Shown piece after piece: positions 21,564-30,406 of a stretch of DNA of 64,000 bases. Origin of the DNA: a bacterium (GTDB lineage Bacteria > Hinthialibacterota > Hinthialibacteria > Hinthialibacterales > Hinthialibacteraceae). The number at the start of each line of letters is the position of its first letter. Position 1 is the stretch's first letter. Both the position numbers and the translations under genes were made by a program. The notes under the pieces were generated by a model, which saw only the letters and a program-made list of their open reading frames with translations, was not told the origin of the DNA and searched no databases. Location: contig CAXXMV010000008.1 in NCBI GenBank assembly GCA_963662285.2, positions 1,056,001 to 1,120,000 on the forward strand. The letters are read 5' to 3'.

Positions 21564-22529
21564 ATGAAAATACCTTTTTCTCCATCGGTCTACGAACATG
21601 CGGCAAAATTGGCGGGGTGTTCTCCCTGGGATGCTTCACGCAATCCTGACTTACTTTTTGCAGGACATAAAGCCGCTTATCTGGCCTATCATCACACGCC
21701 TATCGTAGTGGGCATCGATATATATAACCTTGAAACTGAGGCGTACGGCGCTGAAATTTCCGTGCCCAGCGGCAACGGCATCCCGGCGATTCACAATCCG
21801 CCCTGCACATCGCTAGACGAGGCTCTGGCTCTCAAACCTTTTGATCCAACCACCGATGGCCGGTTGGCCATGGTCATTGGAGTAGGCCGACGTCTAGCCG
21901 ATGAGTTACCCGATGCTGATGTCCGCATCCCTGTCAGCGGCCCGTTTTCAATGGCGTTCAACCTGCGGGGAATTTCCAAACTATGCGAAGAGGTCGCTTT
22001 GCGTCCTGATGACGTGGCGCGGTTATTGATGATGCTGGCCGAAAACCAGGGCGTGTTCTGTCAGGCCATCGTTGATGCAGGATTAGACATAGCCTTCTTC
22101 GAATCAGCCGCCGCGCCGCCGATGCTCTCACCCAAGTATTTTCGAGAGATAGAGTTGCCCGCCTTGAAAAGGGTGATTGCGGTTGCTGAATCGATTGTCG
22201 GCCATCCAGTGCCTTGCATCATGGGCGGCAATACCATCAGCATACTTGACGATATTCTATCCACCGGAACCGGATATGTGGTTTGCAATGTGGAGACCGA
22301 CCAGAAAGCCTTTATCGAAAAGACCTGCCAGAATCATTCACATGTCAAAGTGCGGGTAAATATGGACCCGGTCATCGTGGCCTGCAATGATCCACAGGCC
22401 ATCTATAAAGAAATTGACCGCATACTATCCATTACCGCCGGACATGATAATTGCATGATGGGAACCGGATGCCTGCCCTATGAAACGCCGCCCGAAAATG
22501 TTAAGTTAATCAAGGATTATCTTGCATAA
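21564..22529 (+). CDS. Uroporphyrinogen decarboxylase (URO-D)/MtaA-like family protein
   Basis: ETEAYGAEI, DPTTDGRL, VSGPFSMAFNLRG, MLSPKYFREI.LP, GTGCLPYETPPENV. Confidence 0.8.
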   Translation: MKIPFSPSVYEHAAKLAGCSPWDASRNPDLLFAGHKAAYLAYHHTPIVVGIDIYNLETEAYGAEISVPSGNGIPAIHNPPCTSLDEALALKPFDPTTDGRLAMVIGVGRRLADELPDADVRIPVSGPFSMAFNLRGISKLCEEVALRPDDVARLLMMLAENQGVFCQAIVDAGLDIAFFESAAAPPMLSPKYFREIELPALKRVIAVAESIVGHPVPCIMGGNTISILDDILSTGTGYVVCNVETDQKAFIEKTCQNHSHVKVRVNMDPVIVACNDPQAIYKEIDRILSITAGHDNCMMGTGCLPYETPPENVKLIKDYLA

Positions 22530-22594
22530 AGTTATGAAAACATGGATTTTGGATTCTGTTCTGATCATCAAATGGAAAGTAAAGGGAAAACGAC

Positions 22595-23869
22595 ATGAAA
22601 TGTATGTATCGAATGATCGTAGTGATGATGATAGTGAATTTGATGATTGCCCCTTCTCAGGGAGAGGAAGCCGCGAAAAGTACTATTCAATATGTGACTA
22701 AATATATCAATCCGGATATCAAAGAATTGGAAGCCATAAACCACCAGGCCCAGAAGAAACGCGATGCAGAAACCCAACGAATTATCGATGAACAAAATGT
22801 CCGCAAAGACAAAATAATTCTCCGATGTGATTTCCGGAACATCAAAAAACCCGCCAATCCGAATGTTTTCCAAAGTGCATTTCATTACGATCCAATCGAT
22901 CAATTTAATACAGGAACCTGCTGGAGTTTCAGTACAACTTCGTTCTTTGAATCCGAGATTTATCGCCTGACCGACAGAAAAATCAAACTGTCCGAAATGT
23001 ATACGGCATATTATGAGTACGTGGAAAAAGCCCGTCATTATCTCCAGGTACGGGGGAATTCATTTTTTGGTGAAGGCTCTGAGGGAAATGCCGTCATGTT
23101 GGTATGGGATAAATATGGCATAGTGCCTGCTGAAGCCTACAAAGGTGAACTGGATACAGACGGGCGTTTTGACCATAGTGAAATGGCCGCCGAAATGCAA
23201 AAATACTTAGATTATGTCAAATTAAATAATTTCTGGAATGAGGAGGAATTAGTTCTATCTTCGCTAAAACTGATCATGGACAAATATATGGGTCGGCCTC
23301 CAGAAAGATTTCTTTACAAAGGCGTGGAAATGACGCCGCTACAATTTCTCGAAGATGTAGTGAATCTGAATCTGGACGATTATGTCAGTATTATGTCCAC
23401 ACTATCGAAACCTTTTTATGCCTATGGAGAATACGAAGTTGAAGCCAACTGGTGGAATAGTAAGGACTATTATAATGTACCCCTGAGTCAATTTTATCAA
23501 ATCATCAAATATGCTATTCAAAATGGATATACAATCAAACTGAATGGAGATGTCAGAGAACCGGGTTTCCACCGTGAAAAAGACGCCGCGATAATACCTG
23601 ATTTTGACATTCCTAGAAAAAATATTGATCAGGATGCGCGTGAATTCCGATTTAATAATGGGTCAACTTCCGATGATCATGATATTCATCTGGTTGGATA
23701 TACGCGACAGGACAACAACGACTGGTTCCTCATCAAGGATTCCAGTGACGAAACTCCGGGAAAATTCCATGGATATATGTTTTATCGGGAAGACTATATT
23801 AAATTGAAGATGTTAACTTATATTGTCCATAAAGATTCGTTAAAAACCATAGGGGAAAATTTTCAATAA
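22595..23869 (+). CDS. Secreted papain-fold C1 family cysteine aminopeptidase
   Basis: Signal peptide; DQFNTGTCWSFS (oxyanion Gln, catalytic Cys); DDHDIHLVG (His); WFLIKDS. Confidence 0.88.
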   Translation: MKCMYRMIVVMMIVNLMIAPSQGEEAAKSTIQYVTKYINPDIKELEAINHQAQKKRDAETQRIIDEQNVRKDKIILRCDFRNIKKPANPNVFQSAFHYDPIDQFNTGTCWSFSTTSFFESEIYRLTDRKIKLSEMYTAYYEYVEKARHYLQVRGNSFFGEGSEGNAVMLVWDKYGIVPAEAYKGELDTDGRFDHSEMAAEMQKYLDYVKLNNFWNEEELVLSSLKLIMDKYMGRPPERFLYKGVEMTPLQFLEDVVNLNLDDYVSIMSTLSKPFYAYGEYEVEANWWNSKDYYNVPLSQFYQIIKYAIQNGYTIKLNGDVREPGFHREKDAAIIPDFDIPRKNIDQDAREFRFNNGSTSDDHDIHLVGYTRQDNNDWFLIKDSSDETPGKFHGYMFYREDYIKLKMLTYIVHKDSLKTIGENFQ

Positions 23870-23887
23870 ATCAGAATATCCATTGGT

Positions 23888-24008
23888 GATGAGTCGGCAA
23901 AAAGTGGATGAAAGACGAAACTCACACAATATCTTGTATGCTTAATGCTTGGAAATCTACCAAGTATTGTGGTCATGAAAACAAGTTTGGACTTTTTACC
24001 GTTTCGTC
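23888..24008. mobile_element. 121-bp MITE-like element with imperfect 18-bp terminal inverted repeats and ATTGGT direct repeats
   Basis: Left end gatgagtcggcaaaaagt; right end actttttaccgtttcgtc (revcomp gacgaaacggtaaaaagt); attggt at 23882-23887 and 24009-24014. Confidence 0.65.
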
Positions 24009-24182
24009 ATTGGTGCCCGGATTATCCTCTATCCAATTAGAACTATAAATCCAATTCTCCCAATCCCCTCCCCCTCTCACCATCGGATATGAACATAGTT
24101 TTTTTATAGTTAATTGAAACATTTGTACACCGCCTATATATTCCCCGCGTTATTATATATAGACGCTCATGACAATCCGATA

Positions 24183-24222
24183 GGCGCCAAGGGGCAAAAC
24201 CGTATTGTGTCCAGCCCTTGAT
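24183..24222 (+). repeat. REP-like palindrome, family A degenerate copy
   Basis: ggcgccaaggggcaaaaccgtattgtgtccagcccttgat. Confidence 0.7.
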
Positions 24223-24332
24223 CAAACCACCCTCTTTGACATTATGTAACAATAATAAGAAGATAACTATGTTAAAAAAATAAATCTTTTCCTTTCTTAA
24301 ATGGAAAACACAGGAAAACACAGGAAAAATCA

Positions 24333-25424
24333 ATGAAGAAATTCACAATTTTCTGCATATATTTACTCGCAATAATTCAATTTATTACCATAAGCGTTGA
24401 CGCCATACCTGTGCGGTTGGCAATCGTCGGGCTGGTGCATGGGCATGTCGGCGGTTTCTTTAATGGAGCGCTCAATAATGAAAACATCGAACTAGTCGGA
24501 GTATACGATCCACGGGAAGATTTGTTCGAGCATTATCAGAAACAGTTTTCGCTGAATCAATCGCTCTATTATTCCGACCTAAAAGATTTGCTTGAGAAAG
24601 CCAAACCCCAAGCTGTTGCAGTGAATACCAGTACTTACGACCACCTGCGCATAATCGAAATTTGCGCCCAATACGGCGTGCATGTAATGGTAGAGAAGCC
24701 ATTAGCCGTGAGTCTCGATCATGGCGCCAAAATAGCAAGCGCCGCTAAACAAGGAAATATTCATGTGCTGGTGAATTATGAAACCACCTGGTATCCCAGC
24801 CATCATACGCTTTATAAAATGATTCAAGATCAAAAAATCGGTGAGATACGAAAAGTAGTCGTGCGTGATGGTCATCGAGGACCGCAAGAGATCGGTTGTT
24901 CCTCTGAATTCTTGGATTGGCTGACCGACCCCGTATTAAACGGCGCCGGAGCGCTTTACGATTTCGGCTGCTACGGGGCAAACCTGGCAACCTGGTTAAT
25001 GAATAACCAACGTCCCATATCGGTCAGCTGCATCACCCAGCAAATCAAACCGGACATTTATCCCAAAGTCGATGATGAAGCGACCATTCTACTGACCTAC
25101 CCCAAGGCGCAAGCCATCATCCAGGCATCATGGAACTGGCCATATAACCGCAAGGATATGGATGTATACGGCAAAACAGGCTATATAAATGCAGTCAACA
25201 ACACTGACATGCGCTATATGATCGAAGAGGGAAAACATGAAGCCAGAGAAGGCGAAAAACTCGAAGCGCCTTATGATAGTTCACTGAATTATCTCGCTGC
25301 CGTAGTTCGAGGAGAGATCAAAGCGGAGGGATTATCGAGTCTGGAAAATAATTTAATTGTTACAGAAATCCTGAATGCGGCGCGTCAAGCGGCGCTGACG
25401 GGTAAAACAGTTTATTTGCAATAG
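24333..25424 (+). CDS. Secreted Gfo/Idh/MocA oxidoreductase
   Basis: Signal peptide; LAIVGLVHGH; HVMVEKPLA; GALYDFGCYG. Confidence 0.9.
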   Translation: MKKFTIFCIYLLAIIQFITISVDAIPVRLAIVGLVHGHVGGFFNGALNNENIELVGVYDPREDLFEHYQKQFSLNQSLYYSDLKDLLEKAKPQAVAVNTSTYDHLRIIEICAQYGVHVMVEKPLAVSLDHGAKIASAAKQGNIHVLVNYETTWYPSHHTLYKMIQDQKIGEIRKVVVRDGHRGPQEIGCSSEFLDWLTDPVLNGAGALYDFGCYGANLATWLMNNQRPISVSCITQQIKPDIYPKVDDEATILLTYPKAQAIIQASWNWPYNRKDMDVYGKTGYINAVNNTDMRYMIEEGKHEAREGEKLEAPYDSSLNYLAAVVRGEIKAEGLSSLENNLIVTEILNAARQAALTGKTVYLQ

Positions 25425-25436
25425 GAAGATAATCTT

Positions 25437-26651
25437 ATGAGAAATTATATAGCGCTGATTCTTGTAGTTTGCTGCACCAGCCCGGTTTATGCGAATGATA
25501 ACGAAGACCTGCGGGATAAACTCAAGCCACAACGGCTTACTATAGCCATGTGGGATTACTCATGGCTCAATGGTCATTATCCCGGCGGCGACTTTGAGGA
25601 TTACGACAAAGTCACCGATGAACTCATGGAACGCGGCTTCAACACGGTTCGCATTGATGCTTTTCCCATGGTGATTGACCAGTTGATTTCTGACAAGCAG
25701 GAGATGTTCAAAGTTCCTGCTGATCCATTACTCAATTGGGGCCTCAGTAAAAAAGATTGGGAACATAATCTCGTTGCTGAATTAATCGATTTCATGACCA
25801 TAACCAGGAAGAAAGACATCAGCGTAATTCTATCTTCCTGGGGCAAGGGTGATCACCAACGCTATTCTGATGCCAAACAATTCTGGAAGGCATGGGAGAC
25901 AGTGCTGGATATCCTGCAAGAAAAAGGATTACTGGATCATGTGGTGTATGTTGATTTCGATCAGGAATTCCCATATTTCAGCCCATTCACCCCGGAACTA
26001 AACCGGTTAAGCAAGGAAGCCTCCAAACCAGCCGCAGGCCAGGCGGATGCGATGGAACAAGCCGGAACTGTCACCGGCGCCTGGAATCATGCCCAAAGAG
26101 CATTCGTGAAAGAGTATTTTGAAAGCACGCTGGCCCATTTCCATAAGAAATACCCGGATATGCGATTCACCTTTTCTCTAACATCTTTCTGGGATGAAGT
26201 TAGGTCTATTAAACCAGTAGGCTTAGACGTCCTGGAGTTGCATATATGGATCAAAGGACAACTAAATGAGTACACCGGATTCAACAAGATAAAAAAAGAC
26301 CGTAATCCAGCCAATGATTACAAAGCCTATATGGCCGGAATACGCGAGGCCATGAAGCACCAAGACGCTCTAAAGCAAAACATGCAACAACAGTTGACGA
26401 AAGCCAAGTCGTGGGCCGATGAGTTAAAGGTTCCACTTACAACCACCGAAGCCTGGGGGCCTTGGTGGCACATGGATCACCCCGATTTGGAATGGCAATG
26501 GCTTTATGATTGGTGCGACTACTGCATGGGGCTATCGAGCGAATACGGCTTTTGGGGCGTAACGCCTTGGAATTACAGTCATCCCTACTGGGAAAACTGG
26601 AGCAATATCAAGTGGTATCGCAAAGTAAATCTTCGTTTCCTGTCACGATAG
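25437..26651 (+). CDS. Secreted cellulase-like (TIM-barrel, clan GH-A) protein
   Basis: Signal peptide; LTIAMWDYSWL, ERGFNTVRIDAFP, VILSSW, DQEFP, LELHIW, TTEAWG. Confidence 0.75.
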   Translation: MRNYIALILVVCCTSPVYANDNEDLRDKLKPQRLTIAMWDYSWLNGHYPGGDFEDYDKVTDELMERGFNTVRIDAFPMVIDQLISDKQEMFKVPADPLLNWGLSKKDWEHNLVAELIDFMTITRKKDISVILSSWGKGDHQRYSDAKQFWKAWETVLDILQEKGLLDHVVYVDFDQEFPYFSPFTPELNRLSKEASKPAAGQADAMEQAGTVTGAWNHAQRAFVKEYFESTLAHFHKKYPDMRFTFSLTSFWDEVRSIKPVGLDVLELHIWIKGQLNEYTGFNKIKKDRNPANDYKAYMAGIREAMKHQDALKQNMQQQLTKAKSWADELKVPLTTTEAWGPWWHMDHPDLEWQWLYDWCDYCMGLSSEYGFWGVTPWNYSHPYWENWSNIKWYRKVNLRFLSR

Positions 26652-26782
26652 TCTTATTTGATGTATCAGCAAGACGTGATTCGTCCCCATAAATAAGGAC
26701 AATCATTGAAAAAAACAGTATTTTATATTTACATTTTGCACGAAACCACTATAGTATTAATTAGTACATTATATTTATTGGG

Positions 26783-27382
26783 ATGATAATTATGGTTGAG
26801 CAGACTCTTTCCTTAGGTAACTCTAGTTTTTCAGGTGATATGGCTAAATGCGCGGTTTGCAATAAGCCAATCGACGCCAGATGGTTGCGGCAAAATAGCC
26901 AAGTAGCCGCCATGAAAATCCGTTACGCCCTATGCGAGGAACATCATGCAAGAGAAGGCCGTTTAATGACGGCGGTTTTTCAGTGTATGCGTCTTATGGA
27001 GCGGGCCTGCAAAATCAGTAAAATTATCAACTTTTTTTCTGATGAAGCAAGCGCTAAGGAGATGTTTGAATCACCGCAAAGCGAAGTGAGAAAAGTTCAT
27101 CGCGGCGCCAAAGATCCGTTCAAAGAAGTCCGCTTACTCTATAAAGGCAAGGAAGTTCTGAATATAGACGATCTTGAGCGATGGGTGGAAAACGGCCTGC
27201 TCTTCATTAATGACGAAGGCGCGGTAGTTTCGCCAGAGCAACACTTATTACGGGAACTGAAATTTAAAGAAGAATACGTGCATGCTCCAAATGAAGCGGC
27301 TAACAAAACCAGAGCTAGAAATCTGAACCAAGGCTCTTCCAGGAATTATTCTCTTTCTAAACTGCGCAACAAAAGAGATTAA
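26783..27382 (+). CDS. Hypothetical protein with possible N-terminal zinc finger
   Basis: CAVC...CEEH; own AT-rich upstream region; start codon uncertain. Confidence 0.55.
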   Translation: MIIMVEQTLSLGNSSFSGDMAKCAVCNKPIDARWLRQNSQVAAMKIRYALCEEHHAREGRLMTAVFQCMRLMERACKISKIINFFSDEASAKEMFESPQSEVRKVHRGAKDPFKEVRLLYKGKEVLNIDDLERWVENGLLFINDEGAVVSPEQHLLRELKFKEEYVHAPNEAANKTRARNLNQGSSRNYSLSKLRNKRD

Positions 27383-27409
27383 AATTATTTTATTAGTAAT
27401 GCTCTATCA

Positions 27410-29062
27410 TCACTTTACGCTTGTTTCCAAAATTCGTACGCGTGCTTTGGCTTTGTGAAATGTTCTCTCAAATACCTGATGATATTTCTCTAGTTTAGGG
27501 ATTAGTTTGATATATTCCTGAACTCCTGCAAAAACAGTGGGAAATATGGCAATCCCCGATGGTTCAGTAGATTCAATAATAACGATTTTATTTGATTTAT
27601 TGAGATAGAGTTCATAGTTTAGATGACGAAGCCGTTCTTCTTCGCTTAAAGCTAATACGGTTTCATGCGGTTGAAATAGGAAAAGATAATTCCAATGGCT
27701 TTGATTAGTGTATAAATCTCTCTGCAGAGTGTCTTTGCCAGTCATCAAATAGAAAGTCGCTGCCGGAGGACAATCCTGTTCGTGAGTTATAAATATGGCC
27801 ATGCTATCCGCATCAGCCATATTATCAGCCACTGCCATCAAAGGAGCGATATATACGTTTTGTTGATGCAGTTGAGGTTGCCTGAACTTGGTAGTCTGAT
27901 AATTAATAATAAAAGCCAATAAGCAGACCACTCCAACTAAACTCAGTCGTTTCCATAATAGCTTCCGTTTCTGCAAAAACAGAGTGCATAGCACTACAAC
28001 GGCTTCCCCAGCCATAATAAAGAACAGCCCCATGGTAATAAATTGAAACCGCTCTATCTTCATAGGATGCAATGTTACCGCCGCGAAATGAACCAGGCAG
28101 CAGGCCGTCACCGGACTTGATAATGTCAATTTACGCCCGAATGGAAGAGCGAGAAATACTAACGCCAGGCACAAAACGCACAACCAGGGGATAACGAAAA
28201 ACGAACCGGGAATAACCTGGGGATAATAAAACAGAGTGGAAAATCCCCAGGGATGATGAGCTGCGGGATTGTTAACCACAAAATACATCAGATTTTCCCA
28301 CTTGGTTTTACTATCCACCAGAAACCATAAAACCATCAGCAAGACCGGCAAACCAAACAGCAACAGGTTGTTGATTCTTATCATTCTACGCAGCGAACAC
28401 TTAGCCTGAAAATATTGCGCAACCAGGATTCCTGAGTATGTCAAAAACGCATAGTTGTATTTATATAAAAAGAACGATCCCAGGATCAATCCACTCCATG
28501 CCCAGCGTGACGCCTTGGCGTCATCATTTTGGGGCAGACTGAATAGAACCAGTAGAGTGAAGAACAATCCCACTCCCTCGCTCATGATGCCTACCGCCTG
28601 CTGAATCACGATTGGAGCGGTGGCGAACAATGCCCATGCAATAGTCCCGCCAATCCATGAATAAACATCACGCCGCCTTAGAAACCAGCAGAAGGTCATA
28701 ATTCCCGAAGCAAAAAAAGCCATCAGGGAAATGACTCTGGCCGCAGCTAATGATGGTCCGAAAAATGAGAAGGATAATCCGATCAGCCATGAATGAAGAG
28801 GAGGCCAGACAACTTGCGCATTGCTATGCACCCATAGATGATAAAAATCCAAGTGCTGTATATCCCGCCAGATATGAGCCCCCCAGGCGCAGCGCTCAAA
28901 TCCATCCCAACAGGGGATGCCGCCATGACGCACGGAATAAAGATATAACCAGAGAGACAGGACAATTGTCCAAATTGCCAAAAACCAACCCAAAACTTGA
29001 ACGAAATATGCATTCTTATTCTGAGCAGCCCGGTCAAACAGTGCAATAGGTTTATCATTCAT
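27410..29062 (-). CDS. ArnT/PMT-like (GT-C) membrane glycosyltransferase
   Basis: WDG..., WPPLHSW, FGPSLAAARVISL, IMSEG, KYNY, KIERF motifs; multiple TM helices. Confidence 0.75.
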   Translation of the reverse strand: MNDKPIALFDRAAQNKNAYFVQVLGWFLAIWTIVLSLWLYLYSVRHGGIPCWDGFERCAWGAHIWRDIQHLDFYHLWVHSNAQVVWPPLHSWLIGLSFSFFGPSLAAARVISLMAFFASGIMTFCWFLRRRDVYSWIGGTIAWALFATAPIVIQQAVGIMSEGVGLFFTLLVLFSLPQNDDAKASRWAWSGLILGSFFLYKYNYAFLTYSGILVAQYFQAKCSLRRMIRINNLLLFGLPVLLMVLWFLVDSKTKWENLMYFVVNNPAAHHPWGFSTLFYYPQVIPGSFFVIPWLCVLCLALVFLALPFGRKLTLSSPVTACCLVHFAAVTLHPMKIERFQFITMGLFFIMAGEAVVVLCTLFLQKRKLLWKRLSLVGVVCLLAFIINYQTTKFRQPQLHQQNVYIAPLMAVADNMADADSMAIFITHEQDCPPAATFYLMTGKDTLQRDLYTNQSHWNYLFLFQPHETVLALSEEERLRHLNYELYLNKSNKIVIIESTEPSGIAIFPTVFAGVQEYIKLIPKLEKYHQVFERTFHKAKARVRILETSVK

Positions 29063-29255
29063 TTATATATATCATCCGTTGAAGTTATTCTGATGATCTA
29101 TTTAACCTGCGGTTTGCTTTGATGTATAGATGATGAGCCAACCAAAAGTGGATGAACTTTTTGAAAACTTTTTTATTCGTGATATTATTAAGCAGGGCAA
29201 TGGATGGATGCAGATGCTCGGGGAGTAAAATTTCCCCTTATTGGAGGATATTGTT

Positions 29256-30248
29256 ATGCAATATTGTAGAATTTTTCTAACCGTTTCTTTTTTAGTATTA
29301 CACGCCAGCATTGGATTGGTTTACGCGCAGGATATCGAACCAACCGATGAAGAGCAGTATATGCTAGAACTGATCAATCGCGCCCGTATGAATCCACCAG
29401 CCGAGGGTCAGTGGCTGGCTAACCATCCCAGTCAGAATATTCAATTCGCTTACGATTATTTTAATGTTGACCGTCAGACCATCATTGATGATTTCGCCTC
29501 TTATCCGTCTGTCCCGCCATTGGCGTTTAATGATAGCCTGATCCGCGCCGCCCGTCGTCATACCAAAGACATGAAAGACAACAACTTTCAAGATCATCCC
29601 GGCACAGATGGTTCAACCCCCGGAGACCGGATTGAAGAAGCCGGGTATGATTGGTGGACCTATGGAGAGAATGTGTACGCTTACGCCGAAAGCATAGATC
29701 ACGCTCATGCCGGTTTTGTGGTTGACTGGGGAGTCGCCAGTTTAGGCCATCGCAAGAACACCCTGGAATATGAAGGTGAGCCGCGTTGGCAAGAAATCGG
29801 CATAGGCATTTTGCGTACAGCTTCAGCCAAACTGCTGGCCGCTAAACGGCTGCGGCGCGATATCCATATTTCCGCTGGCAATACGACCACCGCCGATCAG
29901 GTCGGCCCCATACTGGTTACGGTTGATTTTGCCGCGCCATTTCAATATTCCCCGCAGGTTTTAGGAGTGGTGTATCAAGACCTGAACGAAAATCTGACTT
30001 ATGACATCGGTGAGGGGCTGGGCGGCGTTACCATTAGCGTGGAAAATTCCAACAAATCCACCGTAACTTACAGCAGCGGGGGATACTCGATTCCCTTCGC
30101 TTTGGGTGGAGAGTATAAATTGACCGCCAGCGGCGGTTTGTTAGAAGAAACCATCGAAAAAACATTCACTATAGGACTGGATAATGTAAAGGTTGATTTT
30201 CGCCTGGGCGAAGGAACCGGCGTATCCGACTGGGCCTTATTCGATTAG
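29256..30248 (+). CDS. Secreted CAP (SCP) domain protein with C-terminal beta-sandwich
   Basis: EQYMLELINRAR, PPLAFNDSLIRAARRH, HPGTDGSTPGDRI..AGY, GENV, GHRKN, EIGIGI; GVVYQDLNEN.TYD.GEGLGGVTI; GGAGG RBS before ATG 29256; ends TGVSDWALFD. Confidence 0.9.
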   Translation: MQYCRIFLTVSFLVLHASIGLVYAQDIEPTDEEQYMLELINRARMNPPAEGQWLANHPSQNIQFAYDYFNVDRQTIIDDFASYPSVPPLAFNDSLIRAARRHTKDMKDNNFQDHPGTDGSTPGDRIEEAGYDWWTYGENVYAYAESIDHAHAGFVVDWGVASLGHRKNTLEYEGEPRWQEIGIGILRTASAKLLAAKRLRRDIHISAGNTTTADQVGPILVTVDFAAPFQYSPQVLGVVYQDLNENLTYDIGEGLGGVTISVENSNKSTVTYSSGGYSIPFALGGEYKLTASGGLLEETIEKTFTIGLDNVKVDFRLGEGTGVSDWALFD

Positions 30249-30324
30249 TCCTATGCATTTCTTCTTGAATTATTGTAATGATTTGGTAATCACAAACGAT
30301 AAGATATTAAGAAAGTATTGATAA

Positions 30325-30362
30325 TCTGAATCCTTTCCCCAAGCCCGGGGAAAGGATTCAGA
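30325..30362. repeat. Perfect 16-bp-stem hairpin (REP family B-like, possible terminator)
   Basis: tctgaatcctttcccc-aagccc-ggggaaaggattcaga. Confidence 0.7.
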
Positions 30363-30406
30363 CGCTTCGACTATATACGCTATGTTGATTAAAGAACTTT
30401 TATATT

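Noticed and set aside
23886-23925. Hammerhead-ribozyme-like string gtgatgagtc...gacgaaac
   Set aside because: The core needs CUGANGA but reads GUGAUGA, and no convincing stems I/III were found. The MITE terminal repeat explains the sequence better.
24305-24329. Short tandem repeat (gaaaacacag)x2
   Set aside because: Only two units; too short to support a functional or phase-variation claim.
24043-24333. 96-aa minus-strand ORF in the intergenic region
   Set aside because: It runs across a REP-like repeat and the upstream region of the next gene, with no protein-like features.
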